A stretch of 64,000 nucleotides of DNA from Waterburya sp. GTDB lineage: Bacteria > Cyanobacteriota > Cyanobacteriia > Cyanobacteriales > Xenococcaceae. Location: positions 2,816,001 through 2,880,000 of the forward strand of contig CBDCJV010000002.1 of assembly GCA_965217895.1 (NCBI GenBank). The letters run 5' to 3'. The notes under the pieces are model-generated. The model was not told the DNA's origin. It did no database searches and was given only the letters and a program-made list of their open reading frames with translations. Shown here piece after piece: positions 30,951 to 41,925 of this stretch. The number at the start of each line of letters is the position of its first letter. Position 1 is the stretch's first letter. A program made the position numbers and the translations under genes.

Positions 30951-32045
30951 ATGGCAATCAAAAGATCTTCTGACTCATCTAACTCAACCCCAAAACAGCC
31001 ATTTTCGACCCGCCAACGCCAATCTGAACCAGACTTGATGTTGGCACAGGCAAATCAGGAAGAAAGGGAAAATACTGAAGATAAAATTCGTCCTCAGCGA
31101 TTATCAGACTATATCGGACAAAAGGATCTTAAGGGAATTCTTAATATTGCGATCGCAGCAGCCAAAGGTAGACAAGACTCTTTAGATCATCTGCTGCTGT
31201 ATGGTCCTCCTGGGTTAGGTAAAACCACCATGTCTTTGATCTTAGCCACAGAAATGGGAGTCAACTGCAAAATAACCTCCGCACCAGCCTTAGAACGTCC
31301 CAGAGATATCACAGGACTACTGGTAAATCTTCAGCCAGGAGATATTTTGTTTATCGATGAAATTCATCGCCTAAATCGAATGACGGAGGAATTACTTTAT
31401 CCTGCTATGGAAGATTTTCGTCTTGACGTTACTATTGGTAAGGGACAGACCGCCAAAACCCGCAGTATTCCTTTATCTCCCTTTACTCTTGTGGGTGCAA
31501 CCACTAAAGCTGGTTCTCTTTCTTCGCCATTGCGCGATCGCTTCGGTATTATTCAAAGACTCCGCTTTTATGAGCTTGATGAACTAACTTTAATTGTTAA
31601 ACGCACTGCAGAAATTATTAGTACAACGATAACAGAATCAGGGGCGATCGAAATTGCTCGTCGTTCTCGCGGCACACCCCGTATTGCCAATCGCCTGTTA
31701 AGAAGGGTTAGAGACTATGTAGAGGTGCAAAAAGCCGAAATCATTACCGCAGAATTGGCAGCCACGGCAATGGATCTGTTTGATGTGGATCGAGAAGGTT
31801 TAGATTGGACAGATCGCTTGGTATTAAACACTATTATCAAACAGTTTAATGGTGGACCTGTTGGCTTAGAAGCGATCGCTGCTGCTACAGGAGAAGATCG
31901 CAAAACTATCGAAGAGGTTTATGAACCATATCTGTTGCAAAACGGTTATCTGAGTCGCACCCACCGAGGCAGAATGGTTACTGCTAAAGCCTACGAACAT
32001 CTAGGGTTTTCTAGCCATGGTTCTATTAGTATTTTTTCCAAGTAA
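30951..32045 (+). CDS. ruvB: Holliday junction branch migration helicase
   Basis: MAIKRS start, [25 protein letters not shown]. Confidence 0.97.
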   Translation: MAIKRSSDSSNSTPKQPFSTRQRQSEPDLMLAQANQEERENTEDKIRPQRLSDYIGQKDLKGILNIAIAAAKGRQDSLDHLLLYGPPGLGKTTMSLILATEMGVNCKITSAPALERPRDITGLLVNLQPGDILFIDEIHRLNRMTEELLYPAMEDFRLDVTIGKGQTAKTRSIPLSPFTLVGATTKAGSLSSPLRDRFGIIQRLRFYELDELTLIVKRTAEIISTTITESGAIEIARRSRGTPRIANRLLRRVRDYVEVQKAEIITAELAATAMDLFDVDREGLDWTDRLVLNTIIKQFNGGPVGLEAIAAATGEDRKTIEEVYEPYLLQNGYLSRTHRGRMVTAKAYEHLGFSSHGSISIFSK

Positions 32046-32114
32046 AATCGAAGGTAAATAAAGCAAAACACTAATGTCTTAACTCAAACTGATATATTAT
32101 TACCGTGTAATAAA

Positions 32115-32309
32115 TGGGTTTAAAGCCCCGCACAAAGAGTGCGATTAAGTAGCGCGGACTGGAGTCCGCCGACTTGCCCTTGGCAAGGCGAGACGCGAAG
32201 CGCGTCTCCAGATAGCAATTAGCAATTGGGATATTTTCTTAATTGCTACTTGCTACTTGCTACCTGCTACTTAAGAATCACCGATCATTTATGACGGTGA
32301 GTATGTCAA
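32115..32309 (+). mobile_element. Non-autonomous IS200/IS605-type mini-element
   Basis: Left end TGGGTTTAAAGCCCCGCAC..GTGCG; right end hairpin TCACCG..CGGTGA ending GTCAA; internal small hairpins and heptamers. Confidence 0.6.
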
Positions 32310-32397
32310 GTTCAGCAACGCCAAAAAAATAATAGATAAACCATAATCTGCATACTCATAGTTGTACAATTAACAGTTGTATTCTGCTAAACAGACT

Positions 32398-33693
32398 GTG
32401 ATTGAACGCTATACCCTGCCCGAAATGGGCAAAATTTGGACTGACGACTATAAACTCAAGACATGGCTACAGGTAGAAATAGCAGTCTGCGAGGCACAAG
32501 CAGAACTAGGTTATATTCCCCAAGCAGCCGTTGATGAAATTAAAGCTAAAGCTAACTTCGATCCGCAACGTGTATTAGAAATTGAGGCTGAAGTTCGCCA
32601 TGACGTTATTGCTTTTCTGACTAACGTTAATGAATATGTAGGGGATGCAGGGAGATATATTCATGTAGGGTTGACCAGTTCTGATGTTTTGGATACTGGA
32701 CTTGCTCTCCAGATGGTTATTAGCCTTAACCTGATTTTAGAAAAACTGGAAGAATTGACCCAGGCAATTCGCTACCAAGCACAGCAACACCGCTACACTG
32801 TAATGGTGGGGAGATCTCACGGAATTCACGCTGAACCAATTACCTTTGGCTTTAAGCTCGCTGGATGGCTAGCTGAAGTATTTCGTAATCGCGATCGCCT
32901 GGTAAGATTGCGTAAAGAAATTGCCGTTGGTAAGATTTCTGGTGCAGTAGGTACTTACGCTAACGTCGATCCCAAAATAGAAGCGATCGCCTGTCAGAAG
33001 TTAGGCTTAGAACCAGATTGCGCCTCAACTCAAGTAATATCTCGCGATCGCCATGCCGACTATGTGCAGCAGTTGGCACTTCTAACAGCCTCTATTGAAC
33101 GCTTTGCCGTAGAAATTCGTAACCTTCAACGTACAGATGTTTTGGAGGTAGAAGAATTTTTTTCCAAAAAGCAAAAAGGTTCTTCGGCTATGCCTCACAA
33201 ACGCAACCCCATTCGTTCGGAAAGATTGACAGGTATGGCGCGTATTGTCCGTGGTAACGCGGTAGCAGCCTTAGAAAACGTTGCCCTCTGGCACGAACGA
33301 GATATTTCCCACAGTTCCGTAGAACGGGTTATCTTGCCCGATAGCTGTATCCTGACTCACTTTATGCTCAAGGAAATCACAGGCTTAATTAAAAACCTGC
33401 TGGTATATCCTGAAAACATGAAGTGCAACATGAATGTCTACGGTGGCGTAATCTTTAGTCAACGAGTAATGCTAACTCTGGTAGAGAAAGGCATGAACCG
33501 AGAATCAGCCTATAGCTTAGTGCAAAAATGCGCTCACGAGGCTTGGAATAAAACTGATGGTGATTTTCGTAAACTAATTTCTCAAGATGAGACAGTAACT
33601 AAAACTTTATCTACTAAGGAAATTGATGCCTGTTTCGATCCAAATCACCACTTGAAAAATCTAGATGAAATTTATCAACGTTTAGGAATTTAG
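32398..33693 (+). CDS. purB: Adenylosuccinate lyase
   Basis: GTG-IERY start, GSSAMPHKRNP. Confidence 0.97.
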   Translation: MIERYTLPEMGKIWTDDYKLKTWLQVEIAVCEAQAELGYIPQAAVDEIKAKANFDPQRVLEIEAEVRHDVIAFLTNVNEYVGDAGRYIHVGLTSSDVLDTGLALQMVISLNLILEKLEELTQAIRYQAQQHRYTVMVGRSHGIHAEPITFGFKLAGWLAEVFRNRDRLVRLRKEIAVGKISGAVGTYANVDPKIEAIACQKLGLEPDCASTQVISRDRHADYVQQLALLTASIERFAVEIRNLQRTDVLEVEEFFSKKQKGSSAMPHKRNPIRSERLTGMARIVRGNAVAALENVALWHERDISHSSVERVILPDSCILTHFMLKEITGLIKNLLVYPENMKCNMNVYGGVIFSQRVMLTLVEKGMNRESAYSLVQKCAHEAWNKTDGDFRKLISQDETVTKTLSTKEIDACFDPNHHLKNLDEIYQRLGI

Positions 33694-33840
33694 TTTTTCT
33701 TCGGTTTTGTAGTTGGGTTACAAGTCATATGCTTAATAGAAATATTGACCCAACTGCGTTGAGCTAAGACGCTGAACATAGCGATCAATCAAAATATGAC
33801 TGTACAAATACTCCAATAACAATATCGGCTTTGCTAAAAA

Positions 33841-33912
33841 TGGGTCGCCTGGGATTCGAACCCAGAGCAAATCGGTTAAAAGCCGAGTACTCTACCATTG
33901 AGCTAGCGACCC
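33841..33912 (-). tRNA. trnK: tRNA-Lys(UUU)
   Basis: GGGTCGCTAGCTCAATGGTAGAG...CT-TTT-AA...GGTTCGAATCC...GCGACCCA cloverleaf; CCA not encoded. Confidence 0.96.
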
Positions 33913-33980
33913 GTGCAGAAATAGACAGGACTTATTTCCACGAATTTCAATCATAGCATGACTTTAAAAAATTTGAGCAA

Positions 33981-34928
33981 TTAAAGCTTTTTTTTCGCTG
34001 ATATTGCTTTTTGTAAGCTTGGAGATAACCAAGAATAATACTGAGGATATACTGGCAGTCTATGTTTGAGATTCCAACCAGTAGGCTGTAGAATTTCTGA
34101 TAAAGATTGATAAGTAGGGTGAGGATAGTCTGGGTTAACTTCATCTTTGGGACTAATTCCTCCTAAGTCGGTTGCTCCTGCTGCTAGACACTCCAGCAAA
34201 AAAGCAGGATCTGGTATCAAATTAGGTGGAATCTGAATAGAAATACTTTCTGGAAGAATTTTTCTGGCTTGAGCAATAATTTCTGGTAAATGAGTTGGCT
34301 CAAAACTGGGAATATTTGACTGCTGCTGACTCCCTATGCTGTGAGGCTGCAAAATTACTTCTTGAATGTGTCCCCATTTATTTTGTAATATGGCGATCGC
34401 CTTTAATGATTCTTCAATATCTAACTTTGTCTCGCCAATGCCTAAAAGCAATCCTGTTGTAAAAGGAATTTTGAGCTTTCCTGCCCATTCTAATTGCTGT
34501 AAACGTAATTTTGGCTCTTTGCTGGGTGCGAAACGATGCACCGTTTGCCTAAACTTAGGATTCAACTGTTCTAACATCAAACCCATAGAAACATTAACCA
34601 GTCTCAACTGTTTCATTTCTTGCCAGCTTAAAAGACCAGCGTTTGTATGAGGCAAAAAACCCATGGCTAGGGCCAGCTCACATATTTGATAGATTTTGGC
34701 AAACCAAGTTGCTCTATTTGGCGATAGTAAAGGGACTTCTCCGCTGACAACCAGTATCTCTATCACCAAATCTTTCTCTAAGCTTTGTAGCTGTTTAGCA
34801 ATATTTTCTAAAGAGAAAAAACCTTCTGTCCCTAGATCAACTCGAAAATTACAGTAACTACATCTATTGAAGCACTCGTATGTAGGGACTATCGTATATG
34901 CGGGACTGTAAGTTATTTCAGAGTTCAT
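33981..34928 (-). CDS. cofG: FO synthase subunit 1 (radical SAM)
   Basis: CFNRCSYC, PHTNAG, SMGLMLE, VNPDYP. Confidence 0.92.
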   Translation of the reverse strand: MNSEITYSPAYTIVPTYECFNRCSYCNFRVDLGTEGFFSLENIAKQLQSLEKDLVIEILVVSGEVPLLSPNRATWFAKIYQICELALAMGFLPHTNAGLLSWQEMKQLRLVNVSMGLMLEQLNPKFRQTVHRFAPSKEPKLRLQQLEWAGKLKIPFTTGLLLGIGETKLDIEESLKAIAILQNKWGHIQEVILQPHSIGSQQQSNIPSFEPTHLPEIIAQARKILPESISIQIPPNLIPDPAFLLECLAAGATDLGGISPKDEVNPDYPHPTYQSLSEILQPTGWNLKHRLPVYPQYYSWLSPSLQKAISAKKKL

Positions 34929-34984
34929 ATATAAAAGATAAAGATAGCTTATTCTTTATATAAGATAATATTTTATTAAAATAG

Positions 34985-35012
34985 TTTACAAAACTCAAAA
35001 GTGTTCTATACT
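34985..35012 (+). promoter_or_regulatory. psbA promoter (-35/-10)
   Basis: TTTACA-16nt-TATACT. Confidence 0.6.
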
Positions 35013-35067
35013 GATTAGTGTCAGTTCAAAAGAACCTCGACAAACAAATAAAGCAATTATCTAACAC

Positions 35068-36150
35068 ATGACAACTACCTTACAACAACGCGAAACACGC
35101 GGAGCTTGGGAGAACTTCTGTCAGTGGATCACCAGCACCAACAACCGCATCTATGTCGGTTGGTTTGGAGTCCTAATGATCCCGACACTCCTAGCAGCAA
35201 CAACCTGTTTCCTAATCGCCTTCGTCGCAGCACCCCCTGTAGACATCGACGGCATCCGTGAACCTGTAGCAGGTTCGCTACTATACGGAAACAACATCAT
35301 CTCAGGTGCAGTAGTACCTAGCTCCAATGCAATTGGTCTTCACTTCTACCCAATTTGGGAAGCAGCATCACTTGACGAATGGTTATATAACGGTGGACCA
35401 TACCAACTGATAATCTTTCACTTCCTGATCGGCGTATTCTCATACCTGGGTCGTCAGTGGGAACTATCATTCAGATTAGGAATGCGTCCTTGGATATGTG
35501 TAGCCTACTCAGCACCAGTATCAGCAGCCACAGCAGTATTTCTAATCTATCCCCTAGGACAAGGTTCATTCTCTGATGGTATGCCGCTGGGTATCTCTGG
35601 AACATTCAACTTCATGTTAGTCTTCCAAGCAGAACACAACATCCTGATGCACCCGTTCCACATGTTAGGAGTAGCAGGAGTATTCGGTGGAGCATTATTC
35701 TCTGCCATGCACGGTTCGTTGGTAACATCATCCTTGGTACGTGAAACAACCGAAAGCGAATCACAAAACTACGGCTACAAATTCGGACAAGAAGAAGAAA
35801 CATACAACATCGTCGCAGCCCACGGCTACTTCGGTCGTCTAATCTTCCAGTACGCAAGTTTCAACAACTCACGTGCCTTGCACTTCTTCTTAGGAGCATG
35901 GCCAGTAATCGGCATCTGGTTCACAGCAATGGGAATATCCACCATGGCGTTCAACCTGAATGGATTTAACTTCAACCAGTCGGTAATGGATTCACAAGGT
36001 CGTGTAGTCAACACATGGGCAGACATCTTGAACCGAGCCAACCTAGGTTTTGAGGTCATGCACGAACGTAACGCTCACAACTTCCCGCTTGACTTAGCCA
36101 GTGGCGATATTGCTCCTGTAGCACTAACTGCTCCTGCTATCAACGGTTAA
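35068..36150 (+). CDS. psbA: Photosystem II D1 protein (standard, Gln130 form)
   Basis: Canonical D1 sequence, [18 protein letters not shown]. Confidence 0.99.
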   Translation: MTTTLQQRETRGAWENFCQWITSTNNRIYVGWFGVLMIPTLLAATTCFLIAFVAAPPVDIDGIREPVAGSLLYGNNIISGAVVPSSNAIGLHFYPIWEAASLDEWLYNGGPYQLIIFHFLIGVFSYLGRQWELSFRLGMRPWICVAYSAPVSAATAVFLIYPLGQGSFSDGMPLGISGTFNFMLVFQAEHNILMHPFHMLGVAGVFGGALFSAMHGSLVTSSLVRETTESESQNYGYKFGQEEETYNIVAAHGYFGRLIFQYASFNNSRALHFFLGAWPVIGIWFTAMGISTMAFNLNGFNFNQSVMDSQGRVVNTWADILNRANLGFEVMHERNAHNFPLDLASGDIAPVALTAPAING

Positions 36151-36187
36151 ATTGACCCTGATTACAGTTCTGTAATTGATTAATTGA

Positions 36188-36222
36188 AAAAAAGCTCTCC
36201 AGCGCTGGAGAGCTTTTTTTTT
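36188..36222 (+). terminator. Rho-independent terminator
   Basis: AAAAAAGCTCTCCAG-CG-CTGGAGAGC followed by a long T run. Confidence 0.9.
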
Positions 36223-36417
36223 GGCTATTTTTATAGCTAATACCAGCAAAATATAACTTAGTCAAAAACAGAACTGATATCAGTCAGCTCAAACAAAAAA
36301 CATTAGAAACTTGACTCTTCAATAATTGTTTATACTGGTATTCACCTAGTTAGGATGCAGATAGTTAAAATACAAAAGATAATTTGCAAATAAAAAAATT
36401 AGAGAGATAACTAAATT

Positions 36418-37191
36418 ATGTGTTGGAGTGGAGAAGCCTCAGCAACCCTAGCCACAATCGGTCTTACTAGTACAGCCTATGTTGCTTGGAAGGGTGAAAA
36501 AAAAGCATTATGGATTCCTCTTGGTTATTTTTCATTAATGGAGTTACTCCAGGCATTTACCTATAGAGTAATCGATCAGCCAGATTTGCCTTTGAATCAG
36601 CTTCTTACTTTATTTGGAGTATTACATATTATTTTTCAGCCGTTTTTTATCAGTGCGGTATCACTGCATTTTATTCCAGAGAAAGCCAGACAAAAGATTA
36701 CACCATTAATTTATAGTTTGTGTTTTATAGGTGCAATTTTGATGTTAGTCAAACTGTATCCATTTGCCTGGGCTGGAACTTGTACAATCGGATACGAACC
36801 TCTGTGTGGCAGTAAACTTTGCTCGGTTTCTGGAAATTGGCACATAGCCTGGAACGTGCCGATGAATGGATTAAAATGGCTGACTTTAGGATACTATATC
36901 CCAGTTTTTGTTGCTCCTTTAATCTATGGTTCTTGGAAATTTACGGTTTATCATCTTATTGTTGGACCTTTAGCTGCGAGAATGTTAACCGATAATCTTA
37001 ATGAATGGCCAGCAGTATGGTGCTTAATATCAATAGGATTGTTTTTGATCGCCATTAAGTCTCCATTACGACAAATTCTTTACGTAAAACATTGGTGGCT
37101 ATGGGATTCTGAAGCGATCGCCTTAGATTCTGATGCAGACGAGTCCAAGTCAATTCAAATTCCTGCAATTTCCTTAGCCGATAAGAAATAG
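36418..37191 (+). CDS. DUF5765-like membrane protein
   Basis: MCWSGEAS start, MELLQ, HIIFQP, EWPAVWC. Confidence 0.7.
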   Translation: MCWSGEASATLATIGLTSTAYVAWKGEKKALWIPLGYFSLMELLQAFTYRVIDQPDLPLNQLLTLFGVLHIIFQPFFISAVSLHFIPEKARQKITPLIYSLCFIGAILMLVKLYPFAWAGTCTIGYEPLCGSKLCSVSGNWHIAWNVPMNGLKWLTLGYYIPVFVAPLIYGSWKFTVYHLIVGPLAARMLTDNLNEWPAVWCLISIGLFLIAIKSPLRQILYVKHWWLWDSEAIALDSDADESKSIQIPAISLADKK

Positions 37192-37289
37192 CAATTATAA
37201 ATACGACTACCTAAGTTATCTGTGGGATATGCGGTTAAGATTATCAGTAATTTGAGCAATGGCGATCGCACTTATCTTTTCAAGATAGT

Positions 37290-38336
37290 TTAGGGTAGTT
37301 TCTTCGCGTGCTGCTTCAACTGTTTATACATCTGATACATTTCAGGCAGTCGCTTATACATTACAAACAGCTTACGATATAGTTTGCTAGGCAGATAGGG
37401 CATCCCCGAAATCATTTCCCCTGGTGCTACGTTGCCCGTAATACCTGTTTTTCCTGTAGCAATTACGCGATCGCCTACGGTTACTTGGTTGGCTACGCCT
37501 ACCTGTCCCCCTAGCATTACGCCGTTACCAATAATTGCCCCACCCGCTAATCCTACCTGAGATGCAAAGGCGCAGTTGCGTCCAATTTTACAGCCATGAC
37601 CAATTTGCACTAGATTATCTATTTTAGTATTACGTTCAATTCTAGTTTCTCCCACCGCAGGGCGATCTATCGCGCTGTTGCAGCCAACTTCTACGCCGTC
37701 TTCTAAGATAGTGCAGCCAGACTGTTCCATCTTGTACCAGCCTGTAGAAGTGGGTACAAAACCAAAGCCTTCTGAACCTATGGCTGCACCGCTATGAATT
37801 ACACAACCAGAGCCTATACTGGTTCGTTCGTGAATGGTACAGTTAGCGTGTAGAGTTGTATTGCTGCCAATATTTACATTAGGATAAATTACAACATTAG
37901 GATGAATGCAGGTGCGATCGCCAATAGTTACTCCTGAGTAGATCACCACGTTTGCCCCAATATAGACATCTTGTCCTATCTTAGTATTAAGATCTATAAC
38001 TGCGGTAGAATGAATACTAGGAGAGGGTTTAAAAGGTTGATAGAATAGAGCGATCGCCTGAGCAAACAATAATCTTGGTTGAGCAGTAGCAATCCAGGCA
38101 ATGCCCTTAGCTGATGCTTGAGTTTGACAGGTTTCATCTAGAGGTAAAATTAAGACATCAGCTTTAGTTTCGGCGATCATCTTTGCAAATTTTCCCCCTT
38201 CCACATAGCTTAAAGCACCAGCAGTAGCTTCATCTATAGCGGCAATCCCTGTGATTTGAGGATTCAACTGATTATGATTTAAACTATTGTTTTTGGCTAC
38301 TTGACCTAACTTGGTAATTATTTCTTGAAACTGCAT
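37290..38336 (-). CDS. lpxD: UDP-3-O-acylglucosamine N-acyltransferase
   Basis: Hexapeptide repeats, GSEGFGF, KIDNLVQIGH. Confidence 0.95.
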   Translation of the reverse strand: MQFQEIITKLGQVAKNNSLNHNQLNPQITGIAAIDEATAGALSYVEGGKFAKMIAETKADVLILPLDETCQTQASAKGIAWIATAQPRLLFAQAIALFYQPFKPSPSIHSTAVIDLNTKIGQDVYIGANVVIYSGVTIGDRTCIHPNVVIYPNVNIGSNTTLHANCTIHERTSIGSGCVIHSGAAIGSEGFGFVPTSTGWYKMEQSGCTILEDGVEVGCNSAIDRPAVGETRIERNTKIDNLVQIGHGCKIGRNCAFASQVGLAGGAIIGNGVMLGGQVGVANQVTVGDRVIATGKTGITGNVAPGEMISGMPYLPSKLYRKLFVMYKRLPEMYQMYKQLKQHAKKLP

Positions 38337-38433
38337 TTTATTTTGATCCTAAAAATAATTATTATTTTCTAATAAAGTTGACTTGAGATAATTCAAGCAA
38401 AATTTACTTTAAAGCAGAAACACTTACTAATAT

Positions 38434-39066
38434 TTGGCTCAAAAGCTTAAAATAATGGGATTTTATTCTAATTTAATTATTCCTTACTGTATCGACTTTG
38501 CTATGTCTGATTCGACTCTTGGGGAATATCGCCAGCAGCTTTTAGCAGATGTGTCAGGAGAGATTCTAGAAATTGGTTTTGGTACGGGCTTGAATTTGCC
38601 ACACTATCCAGACAGTGTGACCAAAATTACCACTATCGATCCCAATGCGGGAATGCAAAAGCTAGCGCGATCGCGTATTGCTGCTTCTAACATCTCTGTA
38701 GATCATAAGGTACTAGACGGTGAAAGTCTACCTATGGCCAATGCTAGCTTTGATTCGGTGGTGTGTACCTGGACTTTATGCAGTATTCCTCAAGCAGATA
38801 AAGCGATCGCCGAAGTTTATCGTTTACTCAAGCCAGGCGGAAAATTTTTCTTTATTGAACACGGTTTAAGCCAAGATCCGAAAATTCAAGCTTGGCAAAA
38901 TCGTCTTACTCCAATTCAAAAGGCGATCGCCGATGGTTGTCATCTTAATCGCCAGATCGAACATATTGTTCGGCAAAAGTTTAATGACCTAACTGTCAAA
39001 CAGTTTTATGCACCCAAATTGCCTAAAGTAATCGGCTATATGTATCGAGGTATTGCTGTTAAGTGA
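38434..39066 (+). CDS. Class I SAM-dependent methyltransferase
   Basis: LEIGFGTG, FDSVV, LKPGG; likely start 38455. Confidence 0.9.
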   Translation: MAQKLKIMGFYSNLIIPYCIDFAMSDSTLGEYRQQLLADVSGEILEIGFGTGLNLPHYPDSVTKITTIDPNAGMQKLARSRIAASNISVDHKVLDGESLPMANASFDSVVCTWTLCSIPQADKAIAEVYRLLKPGGKFFFIEHGLSQDPKIQAWQNRLTPIQKAIADGCHLNRQIEHIVRQKFNDLTVKQFYAPKLPKVIGYMYRGIAVK

Positions 39067-39222
39067 GTAAATAAAATGACTTATGTATCCTAATTTATGG
39101 AAAAATTATTTATTATTAGCTTTATCGTCTTAATCGACACCAAATAAACCATAAAATAGCGATCGCTAGATATCAGAAATAAGTTTTAATCAGCAATTTA
39201 AACTCCAGCAAATAAATTAATC

Positions 39223-39540
39223 ATGACTATCTATTATTACGTTGCGGCTAGCCAAAAGTTTTTATTAGAAGAAGAACCTTTTGCAGAGGTAATTGAAGAG
39301 AGAATTCGTAATTACCAAGAAAGAAACAAAGAAATTGATTTTTGGTTAATTAAGCAGCCTGCTTTTTTAGAAGCACCTGAAATGGCGAACGTTAAGGCAA
39401 AGATTCCCCAACCCTCAGTAGCCGTAGTTACTACTAATGAACAACTATCTACCTGGCTAAAACTAAGATTAGAGTACGTAGCAACTGGAAAATTTGAAGC
39501 ACCTTCTAACATTATTCCTGAACCTTTAGAATCTTTATAA
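39223..39540 (+). CDS. ycf54: MgPME cyclase complex protein Ycf54
   Basis: ASQKFLLEEEP, DFWL, WLKLRL. Confidence 0.92.
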   Translation: MTIYYYVAASQKFLLEEEPFAEVIEERIRNYQERNKEIDFWLIKQPAFLEAPEMANVKAKIPQPSVAVVTTNEQLSTWLKLRLEYVATGKFEAPSNIIPEPLESL

Positions 39541-39559
39541 CAAGTTGCTTACAAGAGTA

Positions 39560-39611
39560 GGCGTTGGTGACTGCTAATAGCTAATAGTGAGACAGTTACG
39601 TTCACCAACGC
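39560..39611. repeat. Short MITE-like inverted repeat
   Basis: GCGTTGGTGA...TCACCAACGC; similar ends at 32311 and 50428. Confidence 0.5.
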
Positions 39612-39698
39612 TTTATAGATTAATAAGATTTTTTGGGTTTGATATTTCGCTTCAGAGCAATGTTATATGATTTATAGAAACAAGATGCCGACAGATTA

Positions 39699-40409
39699 AT
39701 GACCAAAACCCATTCCCCAACAGCAGACGAGATTAAGGAGATTTTTGAGCGTATTGCTCCTGTATACGATCGCCTGAACGATCGCCTTAGCTTTGGACAG
39801 CATCGAATTTGGAAGCTAATGGCGGTAAAATGGAGTGAGGCAAAGCCAGGAGATCAGGCTCTAGATATTTGCTGTGGTAGCGGAGATTTAGCTTTATTGT
39901 TGGCAAAAAAAGTAGGAACAACTGGTAAGGTCACAGGATTAGATTTTGCTACTGAGCAACTGGCGATCGCGCGATCGCGACAGATGGTTAAATGCCCTAC
40001 CGTGCCGATGGAATGGCTAGAAGGAGATGCTTTGGATTTGCCCTTTGCCGACAATCAGTTTGACTGCGCCACAATGGGCTATGGTTTGCGTAATGTAACC
40101 AATATTCCTCGCTGCCTACAGGAGCTATACCGTGTCCTCAAGCCAGGAGCAAAGGCAGCCGTGTTAGATTTTCATCGTCCTAGTCAAGGCTGGATGCAGA
40201 ATTTTCAGCAGTGGTATTTAGCGACTATTGTTGTGCCTACTGCTGAGAACATGGGCATGAAAAAAGAATATGCCTATTTAAATCCTAGTATTGAGCGATT
40301 TCCTGACGGTGCAAAACAGGTTGAAATGTCTAAACTAGCGGGTTTTGAGCAGGCAATTCATTATCCGCTGATGGGAGACATGATGGGGATATTAGTGCTA
40401 AGGAAATAG
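39699..40409 (+). CDS. menG: Demethylphylloquinol methyltransferase (UbiE/MenG)
   Basis: IAPVYDRLND, DICCGSGD, YGLRNV. Confidence 0.9.
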   Translation: MTKTHSPTADEIKEIFERIAPVYDRLNDRLSFGQHRIWKLMAVKWSEAKPGDQALDICCGSGDLALLLAKKVGTTGKVTGLDFATEQLAIARSRQMVKCPTVPMEWLEGDALDLPFADNQFDCATMGYGLRNVTNIPRCLQELYRVLKPGAKAAVLDFHRPSQGWMQNFQQWYLATIVVPTAENMGMKKEYAYLNPSIERFPDGAKQVEMSKLAGFEQAIHYPLMGDMMGILVLRK

Positions 40410-40468
40410 AATAGGATATAGAATTAACTTTTGCTGTTTAAACTTTATTACTGATTCAATATATTGCT

Positions 40469-41698
40469 TTGGCACTAGCGAATCTCTGGATATTTTTTGT
40501 TCCCCCCATAGCTGGAAGCATTATTGGCTATTTCACCAACGATATAGCTATCAAAATGCTTTTTCGCCCCTATAAGGCTATTTATGTTGGCAAACGCAAG
40601 CTACCTTTTACACCTGGGCTGATTCCTAGTAATCAAGAGCGTTTAGCTCAGAAAGTCTCTGATACGATTATGGGTTCGTTACTCACTCCAGGGGAACTTC
40701 AAAAGCTAGCTCAACGGCTTTTGGCAACTGAACGTATTGAAGAAGCAATATTATGGCTTTTAAAACTGGCACTTGACCAGGTTAGATCGGATCGAGAGCA
40801 GAAGACGGCTAAAATTTTGGCTAACATTCTCCACGACTTATTCAGTCAATCTTTACCTCGACTTTTAAAGGTATTAGCCAGAAAAGACGATTTCTTAGAA
40901 GCTCAAACCAATCAGATTTTTGAGCAAATACTGCTTAATTTTCAGTTAAAAGACGATCAGGCAAAGAAATTTTCTGACTGGTTACTCGGCTCGGTACTAC
41001 CTGCTGATACTATTCGCCGAGCAATGATTGATTTTCTAAGCGATCGCAACATCAAGATTATTGATGAAGGTTTTCGCGAAAAAACTAGCGGTACATATTG
41101 GGTAGTTGCTAATTTATTTGGTTTACGCAATAGTTTGATACGGCTTCGTTCTTTTTGCCTGGATGAACCAGAAATAAGTAATGCTAGGCTTGAAGAATTA
41201 ACTTACTCACTACAAATTCGCGATCGCATCAAAAACTGGCTGAGGAATCTTTCCCTGCAAAATTTACCCGTCTCTACGGTTAGACAACTTCGTAAAACTG
41301 TACAAGAAGCAGTGCGCAATTACATTAGAGAAGAAGGCGGCGATGTAATAGTTCGTCTGGGCGACTCTGTAGAATGGGAAAACTTAGCTGCGTTGATCCT
41401 TAAGCGTCTTCAATCTTCTCCTACGGTCAATGATTCCTTAGAAATAATTAGCCAAGAATTAGCTTTAGTTCTAGAACGTTACCTAGAAAAAGATTTAGAA
41501 AAGCTTGTTACTCAAGCTATACCCATTCTCTCAATCGATCGGGTAATTATTGAGCGGATTAGTGCCACCACCCCTGAAGAATTAGAAACCGCAGTCCAGG
41601 GTATTGTAAAAAACGAACTTCAGGCTATTGTTAACTTGGGGGGCGTATTAGGATTTATTGTGGGGCTATTGCAAACAGTTATTTTATTTTTTAACTAG
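40469..41698 (+). CDS. DUF445 membrane-anchored protein
   Basis: [28 protein letters not shown]. Confidence 0.88.
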   Translation: MALANLWIFFVPPIAGSIIGYFTNDIAIKMLFRPYKAIYVGKRKLPFTPGLIPSNQERLAQKVSDTIMGSLLTPGELQKLAQRLLATERIEEAILWLLKLALDQVRSDREQKTAKILANILHDLFSQSLPRLLKVLARKDDFLEAQTNQIFEQILLNFQLKDDQAKKFSDWLLGSVLPADTIRRAMIDFLSDRNIKIIDEGFREKTSGTYWVVANLFGLRNSLIRLRSFCLDEPEISNARLEELTYSLQIRDRIKNWLRNLSLQNLPVSTVRQLRKTVQEAVRNYIREEGGDVIVRLGDSVEWENLAALILKRLQSSPTVNDSLEIISQELALVLERYLEKDLEKLVTQAIPILSIDRVIIERISATTPEELETAVQGIVKNELQAIVNLGGVLGFIVGLLQTVILFFN

Positions 41699-41799
41699 CT
41701 GCTGATAACTAATCTCCCTGCTGAAGTTGAAATTTAAGTTCTCGAATTAGTCATTTTTATTAGTAGAGATGTTGCTTAATCTAGCTACAATAAAAAAGT

Positions 41800-41867
41800 T
41801 CGTCGTTAGTAGTTAGTAGGTAATAGGTAGTTTATTACGACTACAAACGACAGACTACGAACTACAA
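41800..41867. repeat. Heptamer (STRR-like) repeats in inverted arrangement
   Basis: ttagtag/gtaatag units then gactac/aactac units. Confidence 0.5.
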
Positions 41868-41925
41868 GCTCTTTGATAAAAGACTACACGCAAATAAAAA
41901 ATTAATTTCAAGCAAGAGGTATTTT

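Noticed and set aside
30947..30952. TACAAT as a -10 box for ruvB
   Set aside because: It overlaps the ATG, so it cannot drive the full-length gene.
35068..36150. Atypical D1 (rogue, far-red or micro-oxic form)
   Set aside because: Mn-cluster ligands and G80/F158/T286 are standard.
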